From positions 16,492,001 to 16,556,000 of the forward strand of contig OZ024748.1 in the NCBI GenBank assembly GCA_964016885.1: DNA of 64,000 bases, in the 5' to 3' direction. This document shows positions 27,070-41,100 of the stretch, piece after piece. A program made the translations under genes and the position numbers. Below the pieces are notes generated by a model, which ran no database searches, was not told the DNA's origin, and saw nothing but the letters and a program-made list of their open reading frames with translations. How positions within the stretch are numbered: position 1 is the first letter of the stretch; each line of letters starts with the position of its first letter. Origin of the DNA: Eledone cirrhosa (Eukaryota).

Positions 27070-28333
27070 GGTTTCTGATTTAGGCACAAGGCCAGCAAAT
27101 ACCTAGTGTATTACTGGTACTTTATTTTATCAACCCTAATAATTGTTTCTACTTTTGGCACAAGGCCAGCAATTACTCAGTACATTACTGGTACTTTATT
27201 TTATCGACCCCCGTAAGGATAAAAGGCAAAGTTGACCTCGGCGGGATTTGAACTCAGAATGTAAAGGGCCGTAACTCTATGCGTCAAAGCATGACGTCCA
27301 ACCCTCTACTGATACTGCCAATCCACCGCCCTTAATAATAATAATAATGGTTTCTGATTTTGGCACAAAGCCTACAATTGTTTGGGGGAGAGGAAAATCG
27401 ATTAAATCAACCCTAGTGCAGTACTGGTGATTTATTTTATTGATCCAATAAGGATGAAAGGCAAAGTTAACCTTGGTAGGATAGGAACTATTTCATTATT
27501 TCTAAAATAAAGCACTAGTAATGCACTGGCGTCGATTTTATAGACTTTCTCTTCCCCCAAAATTGCTGGCCTTGTGCCTAAAGTAGAAAACATTATTTCT
27601 AAAATTAGCTGAAAACCATTGCCATTGATTTTCATTAGAAATTTGTAATATAGAGGTTAAAATGTTTTTAGCCATTGAAAAACATTAAATTAATTATAAT
27701 TTTATGTAAGAAACTTTGTTATGTTCCAAATACCATCTTAATAATGGGTTCTGATTTAGACACTAGGCACTATTTTGGGTGTAGGAACAAGTTGATTAAA
27801 TTGACCTCAGTGCATTACTGGTGCTTTATTTTATTAACCCCGTAATGATGAAAGGCAAAGCTAAGCTCAGCAGGATTTAAACTGGGAACAGATGTAACTA
27901 TGCTGCAAAGCATGGTGTCTGATGCTCTACCAATTCTGCCAGTCCACCAACTTAATGAGAAAGTTAATTATATTATTTTTGAAATTATTTCAAAATTATA
28001 GGCAATATCTTTATATTAGAAATACACAAAGAAAGGGATAAGCTCTTAAAACTCCAGCCGTCTTAAATCATTCTGGGACAAAAACAACTAAATCTATTTG
28101 TTTGCCTCAGTTTGCTTGAGTAAGCTTTAGGAAATGGGCTCCATCTTTTCTATATATTTGTGTGGAAAGAAGAAGAAGAAGAAGAATAAGAAGAATAAGA
28201 AGAATAAGAAGAATAAGAATAATTGTTTCTACTTTAGGCACAAGGCCAGCAATTATCCAGTACATTACTGGTACTTTATTTTATCAACACCGTAAGGATG
28301 AAAGGCAAAGTCAAACCTCGGCGGGATTTGAAC
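27070..28333. mobile_element. Cluster of SINE family A copies and fragments (27070-27135 -, 27140-27332 -, 27348-27482 -, 27510-27592 +, 27746-27950 -, 28221-28333 -)
   Basis: Repeated ggcacaaggccagcaat..ctggtactttattttatcgacccc..ggatgaaaggcaaagt. Confidence 0.85.
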
Positions 28334-28904
28334 ATAATAAGAATAAGAATAATAAGAAGAAGAAAAGAAGAAGAAAGGAAGAAGAAAGGAAGAAGAAAGA
28401 AGAAGAAAGAAAGAAGGAATAAGAAGAAAAAGAATAAGAAAAAGAAAAAGAAGACGAAGAAGAAACGGAGGAGGGAGGAAGAAGAAAAAGAGGAGGAGGA
28501 CATATGAGGGGGATGAGGAGGAGGAGGGGGAGGAGGGGAGGATGCGGAGGAGGGGAGGGGAGGGGGAGGGGGGGGGAGGAATGTTTGTTCCACATGCGTA
28601 AAATACAATCAATTTCTCCATCAAATAAATCATTTCATCCAAGCAGCTTCTATCTAGTATGGAGAAACTCTACATGAGATATGTTGGTATATACCTATTG
28701 ACTTAGTCATGACCTGTAAACCCCCTGCATTGAACCAGGGTCCCTCTCTGATCTCTGGTGGCAGATATGCTCTAATAATTATACAAGAATTTGGTAAAAG
28801 TTATAAAGATAGGAATATGAAAAAATGTATAGCAAAATGATGGTGATGATGATGATGATGGTGATGATGATTGATTGGGAAAATTGAACATTTTTTCTGA
28901 GACA

Positions 28905-29229
28905 GTGGGGGAGGGAGAGAGAGGAAGAGAGAGAGAGAGAAAGAGGAAAAGAGGGAGAGAGAAAGAGCAAGAGCGGGAGAGAGAAAGAGCAAGAGCGGGA
29001 GAGAGAAAGAGAGAGCAAGCGAGAGAGAAAGAAAGAGCAATAGAGAGAGAAAGAGGGAGAGGGTGCAAGAGAAAGAGGGAGAGAGAGCAAGAGAAAGATA
29101 GAGAGAGAAAGAGCAAGAAAGAGAAAAAGCAAGAGAGAGAGAGAAAGGGCAAGAGAGAGAGAGAGAAAGGGCAAGAGAGAGAGAGAGAAAGGGCAAGAGA
29201 GAGAGAGAAAGGGCAAGAGAGAGAGAGAT

Positions 29230-29266
<37 letters not shown>

Positions 29267-29515
29267 AAGAGCAAGAGAGAGAGAGAGAGAAAGAGCAAGA
29301 GAGAGAGAGAGAAAGAGCAAGAGAGAAAGAGATAGAAAGAGCAAGAGAGAAAGAGATAGAATAAGCAAGAGAGGAGAAGTAGTAAGATAGAGAGAGAGAT
29401 AGAGAGATAGAAAGAGCAAGAGAGAGAAAGAGTAAGATATATAAAAAGCAAAAGAGAGGGAGAAATAGTAAGAGAGAGGGAGAGAATATATATAGAGAGA
29501 GATAGATAGATAGAT
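28905..29515. repeat. (GA)n-rich polypurine tract
   Basis: gagagagaaagagcaa-type units. Confidence 0.9.
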
Positions 29516-29616
29516 ATATACAACAGGTTTCTACAGTTTCCATTTGTCAAATTCCACTCACAAGTCCTTGGTCAACTCAATGCTGCAGTAGAAGACTCTT
29601 GCCCAAAGTATTGTAC

Positions 29617-29931
29617 AAGTTCAATTCTCAGACCGGGGGATGTGTTGTTTCCTTGAGCAATATTTTACATTGCTCCAGTTCACTCAGCTGTAGAAATGAG
29701 ATGATAGGGACTGGGGTCCTTATCATTCCACTGCAAATTGGTCGTGGAGGTGCCACGGCAAAAAAGCACCCAGCCCACACTGTAAAGTGGACGTGTAGGC
29801 ACCACGGCAAAAAAGCACCCAGCACTCACTGTAAATGCGGTTGGTGTTAGGAAGGGCATCCAGCTGTGGAAATCAAGCCAGAATCAGTTCCCGTCCCACC
29901 CTTGCAAGCAGGGAAAAGCGGACGTAAAATG
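29617..29931 (+). mobile_element. SINE family B, 5'-truncated
   Basis: Begins at the B box agttcaattctcag, ends cagggaaaagcggacgtaaaatga. Confidence 0.85.
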
Positions 29932-30459
29932 ATATATATATATATATATATATAGATATATATTGTATATATATATATATATTGTATATATATATATACA
30001 TATGATATATATTGAAGATTATAACTAATCACCAATAAGACATTTATTATTTCTTTGTTTTGTTTTATTTTACTTTTACTATATTTTTTTTATTGATTAC
30101 CTATCTTTTTGTCAAGTTGTAATTTTCCACATAAATTACTTTTCTCACAGTTATGTTGAAGTGGGACAACTTTACAGATGACCGGCCTTACAGATGTCTA
30201 ATGAGGGAAAAGTGAAAAACTTGGTTTCTTTCCAAAGCTTTTCTCTTGCCCACTCTTTCTAGACAGAGTGAAACACATCACACAAATTGAATAAAGAGAG
30301 TTCAGAGTTGAACGTGTTTGCTAAGACTGACTTGATCCGAGATCAAGATCATGTATAGAAACTACGCATCAAGATCATGTCTATAAATGATCAGCTACCA
30401 AATTGTAAAAAGAGAGACAAATTTGTTGACCTTTAATTCATACATAGATATATACATAA

Positions 30460-31300
30460 TGGTTTCTGATTTAAGCACAAGGCCAACAATTTGGGGGAAG
30501 GGAAAGTCAATTAAATCGATCATAGTGCAATATTGGTACTTTATTTTATTGACCCAGTAAGGATGAAAGGCAAAGCTAACCTTGGCAGGATTTGAACTCA
30601 GAAAATAAAGGGACATAATTATATGCTGCAAAGCTCAACTGATGCTGCCAATCTACTGCCCTAACCCTTTAGCATTTAAACCGGCCATAACTGGCCAGAA
30701 TTCCCTCACCTCTTTCTGTTCAAACTGGCTGTAACTAGCCACTCATGCATAGGTTAAGGCATTGTTCTCAAAATGAATATTGCCAAAATCTCATAGATTC
30801 AATATTATGTGAGATTATTTAAGATAAAATCTTGACTACGAAAATACAATAGTATATATAGAGTAATCTAAATGCTAAAGGACTAAGAATGATTTCTAAT
30901 TTAGGCACAAGGCCAACAATTTTGGGGGGAGGGGAAAATCAATTAAATCAACCACAGTGCAATACTGGTTTTTTTATTTTGACCCAGTAAGGATGAAAAG
31001 TAAAGCTAACCTCAGCAGCATTTGAACTCAAAGTTATGTATCTATATGCTGCAAAGCATGTTGTCCAACACTCTACCAATACTGTCAAGCCACAACCCAT
31101 TTAGGTACAACGCTAACAATCTGTGGAAAAGGGAAGCCAATTACATTGACACAAATTCATGACTGGTATTTTGCTTCATTAACCCTGGATAGATGAAAAG
31201 TATAAGTGAGTACAATGTGATTTGAACTCAGAACAAAGGATCTTATCTCAAAGCTGCAAAGCATTTACCTGACATGAATATTTCTGCTGCTTACCACTAC
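30460..31300 (-). mobile_element. Three diverged SINE family A copies (30460-30660, 30890-31092, 31100-31300)
   Basis: Same ggcacaaggcc / ggatgaaaggcaaag / tttgaactcag landmarks. Confidence 0.75.
30662..30886. mobile_element. piggyBac-like MITE, copy 2
   Basis: taaccctttagcattt ... aaatgctaaaggactaa TIRs; body homologous to 12919-13133. Confidence 0.65.
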
Positions 31301-31328
31301 ACCAGATTAGTAATGATAAAGGTAACTA

Positions 31329-31496
31329 CTATATTTCCAGGCACCGAAGACGCTTCATTCTCAAGGACACACCCTAATTTTGACAAACAAAAATTTGAAA
31401 AAAAATAATAAACAACCTTCGGCCTTCAGGGTGCATGGTAGATTTTTGAGACTTATTTTAGGAAAAAAGTAGCGTCTTCAATGCCAGGAAATACGG
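31329..31496. mobile_element. Tc1/mariner (Tc2/pogo-like) MITE with TA TSD
   Basis: TA-ctatatttccaggcaccgaagacgct ... agcgtcttcaatgccaggaaatacgg-TA; ~26-bp imperfect TIRs. Confidence 0.75.
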
Positions 31497-32260
31497 TATA
31501 TGATGAAACCCTTTCAAATTTTGGATTATTTTCAAAATTATTTGAAAATTATAGGCAGTATCCATCATTAAAAATATGGTAACAAAAGGGTTAACATAGG
31601 CTCTATTTGAACGAGAGAACCAGTGAAATATCAATGCTCAATTTTCTCTTACCCTTCTCACATAGCTGTGGAATATTGCCAGTTGAAACATGTGGGGGAG
31701 GGGTTGACCTTTTTATATTTTACAAACACAATCTTCAGCTACATCAAAGATAACTTAATAACAGAAGCTTGGGCTGAGAAATACCTTTTGAAGGGCTTAT
31801 TATTATTATCATTATTATTAATACTATTAATAAAGAAAGCATTATTATTAATATTATTGTTATTATTATTATTATTATTATTAATTTTTCCTTTCTACTG
31901 AAGCCATTTTGCAAAAAAAAAAAAAAAAAAAAAAAAAAAATGTTTCTAGCTAAAAAATAATATTTTGGTTATATATATAGTTACATCCCAAATATATAGG
32001 TGCACACTACATAGAGCCAGGAAGTGATCCTAGAATCAGGAGGAAATATAGCAATTATGCAAATAAACAGGGTGAGGTAGATCATTTATGAAAATTACCT
32101 TCCATACACAGAGGATCTTCATACATTCTTCTTACATTAGATTCTATATTTGGGCTATATATCGATTATATATGTGTATGTATATATATATATATATATA
32201 TAACAATAATATCATCATCACCGTTTTACATCCGTTCTTCCATGCTAGCATGGGTTAGAA

Positions 32261-32305
<45 letters not shown>

Positions 32306-33201
32306 CATATATACATATGTATACATATATATGTAACAATGATATATATACATATATAAATATGTATAATGTATATATAACAATGATATATTTATATCCA
32401 TATACATATATATATAACAATGATATTACATATATATATATATATATATACACAAAAACATACATACATAATATGCATACACATATATATATATATATAT
32501 GTGTGTGTGTATATATACACACATATATATATATATATATACATACATACATATAAACATATGCATATATATATACATACATATATATATATATACATTC
32601 ATACATATATATATACACATATATATATATATATACAAACATGTATACATATATATATACATACATGTATACATATATATATACACACATGTATACATAT
32701 ATACATACATATATACATACATACATACATACATATATACAAGGAGACCCCCACCCACCCACCCCCACACAAACCAACAGCAGCAATAGCAACAAATATG
32801 AAGGACATTGGTATATAAGAATGAAAGATATATATATGTATATATATATATGAAGAAGAAAAAAAACTTAAGAGAGACCAATTTAAGACCTATTTCTATC
32901 TATTTCCTGTAATATTTTCTGATATAGCTTATTTCTAAAGATAATTGCTTTGCTTCTTTTTCGGTTTTGATCCTGCTCTGAAAAGGAGAGCCTGAAAGAT
33001 CATCCAGATACAATTTAGGAAAATTATATCGTTTACATTCCCATTAGCTTGTGTAAATATCTCAAAAGTTATCAAAAGAAAATATTAAAGAAGAAAGAAA
33101 AAAAAAAAATGAAACAAACAAATAAAAATAAAATTAGAAAAAAAAAGGTTAAAAAAATAAAAGAAAAAGGTAGAGAAACATAGGTGGGTGGGGTGTAAGA
33201 A

Positions 33202-33255
<54 letters not shown>

Positions 33256-33876
33256 TAGATAGATAGATGTATATAGATGTATATATAAGTGAAAAGAATT
33301 GCATGAAAGAAGAATTAGATAAAGAAATATATTAATTTCTTGTCTCTGAGAGTTATATCACACATACATACATATATATCATACATACGTATATATATAT
33401 ATCATACATACATACATACATATATATCATACATACGTACATATATATATATATATCATACATACATATCTCATACATACATACATACATACATATATAT
33501 ATATAGTGATGATGATGATGGTATATATATATATGTGTGTGTGTGTGTCTGTATGTATGTGTGGGTGTGTATGGGGGTGTATGTGTGTATGTGTGTGTGT
33601 ATGTGTGTGTGCATGTATGTGTGCATGCGTGTGCGTGTGCGTGTGCGTGTGCGTGTGCGTGTGCGTGTGCGTGTGTGTGTGTGTAAACAACAGACACACA
33701 CTGACGAAAGTTGCGAAAGAAAGATATGAAATTTTGAGGGTTCAATGTTAGTTGGTAAATATGTTGTTTTTTTTTGTGGTGGGGGTGATATTATAAATAT
33801 ACATACATATATACATACATATATATATATACATATATATATATATACACATACATACATATATATATATACATAC

Positions 33877-33933
<57 letters not shown>

Positions 33934-33934
33934 C

Positions 33935-33983
<49 letters not shown>

Positions 33984-34195
33984 TATATACATATATATAT
34001 ACATACATATATACATACATATACATATATATACATATATACATACATAAATACATATATATATATACATACATATATATATATATACATACATATATAT
34101 ATATATACATACATAAATACATATATATATACATACATATATATATACATACATATATATATACATACATATATATATATACATACATACATACA

Positions 34196-34229
<34 letters not shown>

Positions 34230-34316
34230 CATACATACATATATACATACATACATACATACATATATATATATACATTCATATATACATATATACATAT
34301 ATACATACATACATAC

Positions 34317-34347
<31 letters not shown>

Positions 34348-34597
34348 CATACATATATATACATATACATACATATATACATATACATATATACATATAC
34401 ATATATATATATACATACATATATACATACATATATATATGTATATATATATAGCTCGGTCGTAACTTACACGCATGCCATACACAATGGAAAGTTTATA
34501 GATATTTCTAGCATCATCATCATCATCATCATAATTATCATTATCACCATCACGATCATCTCTCCTCGTTACCATACTATCATTATCAGCCCTCATT

Positions 34598-35090
34598 GTT
34601 ACCACCACCACTACCACCACCACCACCACCACCACTGCTGCCACCACCACCACTACCACTGCCATCATCACCATCAACAACATGACCACCATCACCACTG
34701 CCACCACAACCACTGCCACCACCACCATCAACACCACCACCACTACAACTACCCCCACCATCACCATCACGACTGCCACCACTACCACTTCCACCACCAC
34801 CATCATCATCAACAACACCACTATCACTACCACCACCACCACCACTGCCACCATCAACAACACCACCACCACCACTACCCCCAACACTACCACTAACACC
34901 ATCACCATCAACACCGCCACCGCAACCACCATCACCACCAACACCACCACAACCACCGCCACCCCCAACACCACCACCACCACCACCTCCAACACTACCA
35001 CTAACACCATCACCACCACAACCACCACCAACACCACCACTGCCACCACCACCACTACCCCGCAACACTAACCCCAACACCATCACCCCG
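34598..35090. repeat. Degenerate (ACC)n microsatellite
   Basis: acc/atc/act triplets. Confidence 0.9.
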
Positions 35091-35305
35091 TTCTATCTTA
35101 TCTACAGGTCAATTGGTTTCATTGTTTTGGTCATAATTCTCATTGCACCCGCCCCCCCCCCCCCTCCCCTGCAACAATCATGATTCAATTATTTTTCGTG
35201 TCTTAATCTTATTGTTTTATGTATGTTGCTGTTGTTCTTGTTGTTGTGGTTGTTTTTGTTCCTCAGTTATTTGTTGCTTATCATGTAACCAATGGAAGAT
35301 TGTTA

Positions 35306-36445
35306 ATAATTGCTTATCACCTGACACTAAGGTTTAATGGTTAGGGAGTTCAGCTCCTCATCATGATATGTTTGTGAGTTCAATTCCCAGGGACTGAAAT
35401 AATACTGTAAGAGCCTGTGGTTTAATGGTTAGGAAGTTCAGCTCATCATCAAAACGTTGTGAGTTCAATTCCCAGGACTGAAATAATACTGTAGGAGCTT
35501 GTGGTTTAATGGTTAGGAAGTTCAGCTCATCATCAAAACGTTGTGAGTTCAATTCCCAGGACTGAAATAATACTGTAGGAGCTTGTGGTTTAATGGTTAG
35601 GAAGTTCAGCTCATCATCAAAACGTTGTGAGTTCAATTCCCAGGACTGAAATAATACTGTAAGAGCTTGTGGCTTATTGGTTAGGAAGTTCAGCTCCTCA
35701 TCATAACGTTGTGAGTTCAATTCCCAGGACTGAAATAATACTGTAAGAGCTTGTGGTTTAATGGTTAGGAAGTTCAGCTCCTCATCATAACGTTGTGAGT
35801 TCAATTCCCAGGACTGAAATAATACTGTAAGAGCTTGTGGTTTAATGGTTAGGAAGTTCAGCTCATCATCAAAACGTTGTGAGTTCAATTCCCAGGACTG
35901 AAATAATACTGTAAGAGCTTGTGGCTTATTGGTTAGGAAGTTCAGCTCCTCATCATAACGTTGTGAGTTCAATTCTCAGGACTGAAATAATACTGTAGGA
36001 GCTTGTGGTTTAATGGTTAGGAAGTTCAGCTCATCATCAAAACGTTGTGAGTTCAATTCCCAGGACTGAAATAATACTGTAAGAGCTTGTGGTTTAATGG
36101 TTAGGAAGTTCAGCTCATCATCAAAACGTTGTGAGTTCAATTCCCAGGACTGAAATAATACTGTAAGAGCTTGTGGTTTAATGGTTAGGAAGTTCAGCTC
36201 ATCATCATAACTTTGTGAGTTCAATTCCCAGGATTGAAATAATACTGTAAGGGCTTGTCGTTTAATGGTTAGGAAGTTCAGCTCATCATCAAAACGTTGT
36301 GAGTTCAATTCCCAGGACTGAAATAATACTGTAAGAGCTTGTGGCTTATTGGTTAGGGAGTTCAGTTCATCATCAAAACATTGTGAGCTTGATTCCCAGC
36401 ACTGAAATAATTGCTTATCACCTGACATTGTGGTTTAATGGTTCT
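35306..36445 (+). repeat. 84-bp tandem array (~13 units) of a tRNA/SINE-head-like sequence with Pol III A and B boxes
   Basis: Unit ctgaaataatactgtaagagcttgTGGTTTAATGGttaggaagttcagctcatcatcaaaacgttgtGAGTTCAATTCCcagga; 28-aa periodicity in the minus-strand ORFs. Confidence 0.9.
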
Positions 36446-36702
36446 CCTACAATTCACAGCCAGAAACAGTTGTGTATGAGCACAGTATGGTCACCTCATC
36501 TAATTTGCCACAAATGGGGCAACTCGTCTAACCGATGTTAGTGTGCAAAATTAAAGTCAATACTTTTGCATTTAAACCAGCTGCATCCAGCCAGAATTCT
36601 CTCTCCACTTTCTGTTAAAACCAGCCATAACCAGCCACTCATACTTATGTTGAGGCATTGTTCTCAAAATGAATAATATCAAAATCTTGTAGATTCGATA
36701 TT

Positions 36703-37000
36703 CATCATCATCATCATTTTACGTCTGCTTTTCCCTGCTTGCAAGGTTTGGGCATGTCCTATTCAGCACAGCATCTCTCCATTCGTCACAGTCCTTCATC
36801 ATCTCCTCCGTGAGCTTCAGCGATCTGAGGTCAGCTCTTACCACCTCCACCCATGATTTTCAGGGTCTTCCTCTACTGCATCTTCCTTCTTATGGGATTT
36901 CTTGGCACTTCTTTACCCAACAGTCATCCTCCATGTGCATCACATGTCCATACCAATGCCGTCTTCTCTCCTACACACTACAGCTTATCCCTCGTATACA
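36703..37000 (-). mobile_element. RTE-clade LINE 3' end
   Basis: Minus-strand ERRRHWYGHVMHMEDDCWVKKC..RGRP.KSWVEVVRADLRSLKL, then cttgcaagcagggaaaagcagacgtaaaatgatgatg. Confidence 0.85.
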
Positions 37001-37051
37001 CATGAAATAATTATGTGAGGTAAACCCTTTACCATGAAAATACAATAGTAA

Positions 37052-37433
37052 TCATCATCATCATCATTTTACGTCCGCTTTTCCCTGCTTGCAAGGGTGG
37101 GACGGGAACTGATTCTGGCTTGATTTCTACAGCTGGATGCCCTTCCTAACACCAACCTCATTTACAGTGAGTGCTGGGTGCTTTTTATTTTTTCTGTGGC
37201 GCCTACACATCCACTTTACAGTAAGTGCTGGGTGCTTTTTTGCTGTGGCACCTCCACGACCACTTTGCAGTGGAATGATAGGGACCCCAGTCCCTATCAT
37301 CTCATTTCTACAACTGAGCAAACTGGAGCAATGTGAAATAAAGTGTCTTGCTCAAGGAAACAACACACCACCCGGTCTGATAATTGAACTCACAACCTTT
37401 CGATTGCAAGGCCAATGCTCTAACCACTAACCC
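37052..37433 (-). mobile_element. SINE family B, full copy
   Basis: Reverse complement of the 16506-16845 sequence. Confidence 0.88.
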
Positions 37434-38149
37434 ATATAGAGTAATGTAAATGCTAAAGGGTTAAACAACGACAATGATGACAATGACAATGATGATGATG
37501 ATGATGATGATGGATTCGTGAGTCTTCATTTGATGTGAAAATATATTTTCTTATACAAATAATTTTTTGAATAAGTGATTGATATTGATTCGTAATTTAT
37601 TTAATTACAGAAGTCATTAGATCTTTTTTGATGTTCACAACCTCTTTTTTTTTTTTGTCATTTCAATTGTCTTTGTTCATACTTCTTGTTGCTATTGATC
37701 TTGTAGGTGCTGATGTTGTTGTAGGTGCTGTTGTTGTTGTTGCTGCTGTTGTTGGTATTTGTGTTTCTAGTTGCTATGTTTATTTAAATAAACAAAAGAT
37801 TATGTCTACAATTGTTTTTGTTCATCTTGTTGCTATTGCTGTTAATGTTGTTGTTGTTGTTGCTATTGCTGTTAATGTTGTTGCTATTGCTGTTAATGTT
37901 GTTGTTGCTATTGCTGTTAATGTTGTTGCTGTTGGTTTTAGTGTTGTTGTTGCTGCTGTTAATGTTGCTGTTGCTGCTGTTGGTTTTAGTGTTGTTGGTG
38001 CGAATGTTGTTGTTGTTGCTGTTGGTTTTAGTGTTGGTGCTAATGTTGTTGTTGTTGCTATTTGTGTTTAAATAAACAAAAGATCTATCCACAATTGTCT
38101 TTGTTCTTGTTGTTGTTATTGCTGTTGTTTCTATATGTGTAGTTGTTGC

Positions 38150-41100
38150 AGATGTTGTTATTTGTGTTTCTAGATGTTATTGTTGTTGCTGCTAGTGTAG
38201 TTGTTGCTATTTGTGTTTCTAGATGTTATTGTTGCTGCTGCTAGTGTAGTTGTTGCTATTTGTGTTTCTAGATGTTATTGTTGTTGCTGCTAGTGTAGTT
38301 GTTGCTATTTGTGTTTCTAGATGTTATTGTTGTTGCTGCTAGTGTAGTTGTTGCTATTTGTGTTTCTAGATCTTATTGTTGTTGCTGCTAGTGTAGTTGT
38401 TGCTATTTGTGTTTCTAGATCTTATTGTTGTTGCTGCTAGTGTAGTTGTTGCTATTTGTGTTTCTAGATCTTATTGTTGTTGCTGCTAGTGTAGTTGTTG
38501 CTATTTGTGTTTCTAGATGTTATTGTTGTTGCTGCTAGTGTAGTTGTTGCTATTTGTGTTTCTAGATCTTATTGTTGTTGCTGCTAGTGTAGTTGTTGCT
38601 ATTTGTGTTTCTAGATCTTATTGTTGTTGCTGCTAGTGTAGTTGTTGCTATTTGTGTTTCTAGATCTTATTGTTGTTGCTGCTAGTGTAGTTGTTGCTAT
38701 TTGTGTTTCTAGATGTTATTGTTGTTGCTGCTAGTGTAGTTGTTGCTATTTGTGTTTCTAGATGTTATTGTTGTTGCTGCTAGTGTAGTTGTTGCTATTT
38801 GTGTTTCTAGATCTTATTGTTGTTGCTGCTAGTGTAGTTGTTGCTATTTGTGTTTCTAGATCTTATTGTTGCTGCTGCTAGTGTAGTTGTTGCTATTTGT
38901 GTTTCTAGATGTTATTGTTGCTGCTGCTAGTGTAGTTGTTGCTATTTGTGTTTCTAGATGTTATTGTTGTTGCTGCTAGTGTAGTTGTTGCTATTTGTGT
39001 TTCTAGATGTTATTGTTGTTGCTGCTAGTGTAGTTGTTGCTATTTGTGTTTCTAGATCTTATTGTTGTTGCTGCTAGTGTAGTTGTTGCTATTTGTGTTT
39101 CTAGATCTTATTGTTGCTGCTGCTAGTGTAGTTGTTGCTATTTGTGTTTCTAGATCTTATTGTTGTTGCTGCTAGTGTAGTTGTTGCTATTTGTGTTTCT
39201 AGATCTTATTGTTGTTGCTGCTAGTGTAGTTGTTGCTATTTGTGTTTCTAGATCTTATTGTTGTTGCTGCTAGTGTAGTTGTTGCTATTTGTGTTTCTAG
39301 ATGTTATTGTTGTTGCTGCTAGTGTAGTTGTTGTTATTTGTGTTTCTAGATCTTGTTGTTGCTGCTAGTGTAGTTGTTGCTATTTGTGTTTCTAGATCTT
39401 ATTGTTGTTGCTGCTAGTGTAGTTGTTGCTATTTGTGTTTCTAGATCTTATTGTTGTTGCTGCTAGTGTAGTTGTTGCTATTTGTGTTTCTAGATCTTAT
39501 TGTTGTTGCTGCTAGTGTAGTTGTTGCTATTTGTGTTTCTAGATGTTATTGTTGTTGCTGCTAGTGTAGTTGTTGCTATTTGTGTTTCTAGATCTTATTG
39601 TTGTTGCTGCTAGTGTAGTTGTTGCTATTTGTGTTTCTAGATGTTATTGTTGTTGCTGCTAGTGTAGTTGTTGCTATTTGTGTTTCTAGATCTTATTGTT
39701 GTTGCTGCTAGTGTAGTTGTTGCTATTTGTGTTTCTAGATCTTGTTGTTGTTGCTACTAGTGTGGTTGTTGCTATTTGTGTTTCTAGATCTTGTTGTTGT
39801 TGCTACTAGTGTGGTTGTTGCTATTTGTGTTTCTAGATCTTATTGTTGTTGCTGCTAGTGTAGTTGTTGCTATTTGTGTTTCTAGATCTTATTGTTGTTG
39901 CTGCTAGTGTAGTTGTTGCTATTTGTGTTTCTAGATCTTATTGTTGTTGCTGCTAGTGTAGTTGTTGCTATTTGTGTTTCTAGATCTTATTGTTGTTGCT
40001 GCTAGTGTAGTTGTTGCTATTTGTGTTTCTAGATCTTGTTGTTGTTGCTACTAGTGTGGTTGTTGCTATTTGTGTTTCTAGATCTTATTGTTGTTGCTGC
40101 TAGTGTAGTTGTTGCTATTTGTGTTTCTAGATCTTATTGTTGTTGCTGCTAGTGTAGTTGTTGCTATTTGTGTTTCTAGATCTTATTGTTGTTGCTGCTA
40201 GTGTAGTTGTTGCTATTTGTGTTTCTAGATGTTATTGTTGTTGCTGCTAGTGTAGTTGTTGCTATTTGTGTTTCTAGATCTTATTGTTGTTGCTGCTAGT
40301 GTAGTTGTTGCTATTTGTGTTTCTAGATCTTATTGTTGTTGCTGCTAGTGTAGTTGTTGCTATTTGTGTTTCTAGATGTTATTGTTGTTGCTGCTAGTGT
40401 AGTTGTTGCTATTTGTGTTTCTAGATCTTATTGTTGTTGCTGCTAGTGTAGTTGTTGCTATTTGTGTTTCTAGATCTTATTGTTGCTGCTGCTAGTGTAG
40501 TTGTTGCTATTTGTGTTTCTAGATCTTATTGTTGTTGCTGCTAGTGTAGTTGTTGCTATTTGTGTTTCTAGATCTTATTGTTGTTGCTGCTAGTGTAGTT
40601 GTTGCTATTTGTGTTTCTAGATCTTATTGTTGTTGCTGCTAGTGTAGTTGTTGCTATTTGTGTTTCTAGATGTTATTGTTGTTGCTGCTAGTGTAGTTGT
40701 TGCTATTTGTGTTTCTAGATCTTATTGTTGTTGCTGCTAGTGTAGTTGTTGCTATTTGTGTTTCTAGATCTTATTGTTGTTGCTGCTAGTGTAGTTGTTG
40801 CTATTTGTGTTTCTAGATCTTATTGTTGTTGCTGCTAGTGTAGTTGTTGCTATTTGTGTTTCTAGATCTTATTGTTGTTGCTGCTAGTGTAGTTGTTGCT
40901 ATTTGTGTTTCTAGATGTTATTGTTGTTGCTGCTAGTGTAGTTGTTGCTATTTGTGTTTCTAGATCTTATTGTTGTTGCTGCTAGTGTAGTTGTTGCTAT
41001 TTGTGTTTCTAGATGTTATTGTTGTTGCTGCTAGTGTAGTTGTTGCTATTTGTGTTTCTAGATCTTATTGTTGTTGCTGCTAGTGTAGTTGTTGCTATTT

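Larger units (their letters stand above)
36559..37464. mobile_element. piggyBac-like MITE, copy 3, interrupted by an RTE fragment and a SINE
   Basis: MITE pieces at 36559-36702, ~37001-37051 and ~37434-37464 (aaatgctaaagggTTAA) join into the 30662-30886 sequence. Confidence 0.75.

Noticed and set aside
33695-33730. ctgacga..gaaa hammerhead-like match (also ~32978-33005)
   Set aside because: No credible helix II and only 2-3 bp of helix I.
35361-36428. 28-aa repeat protein on the minus strand
   Set aside because: Consequence of an 84-bp unit lacking stops in one frame; interrupted by a stop at ~35976; the plus strand is explained by a tRNA/SINE head.
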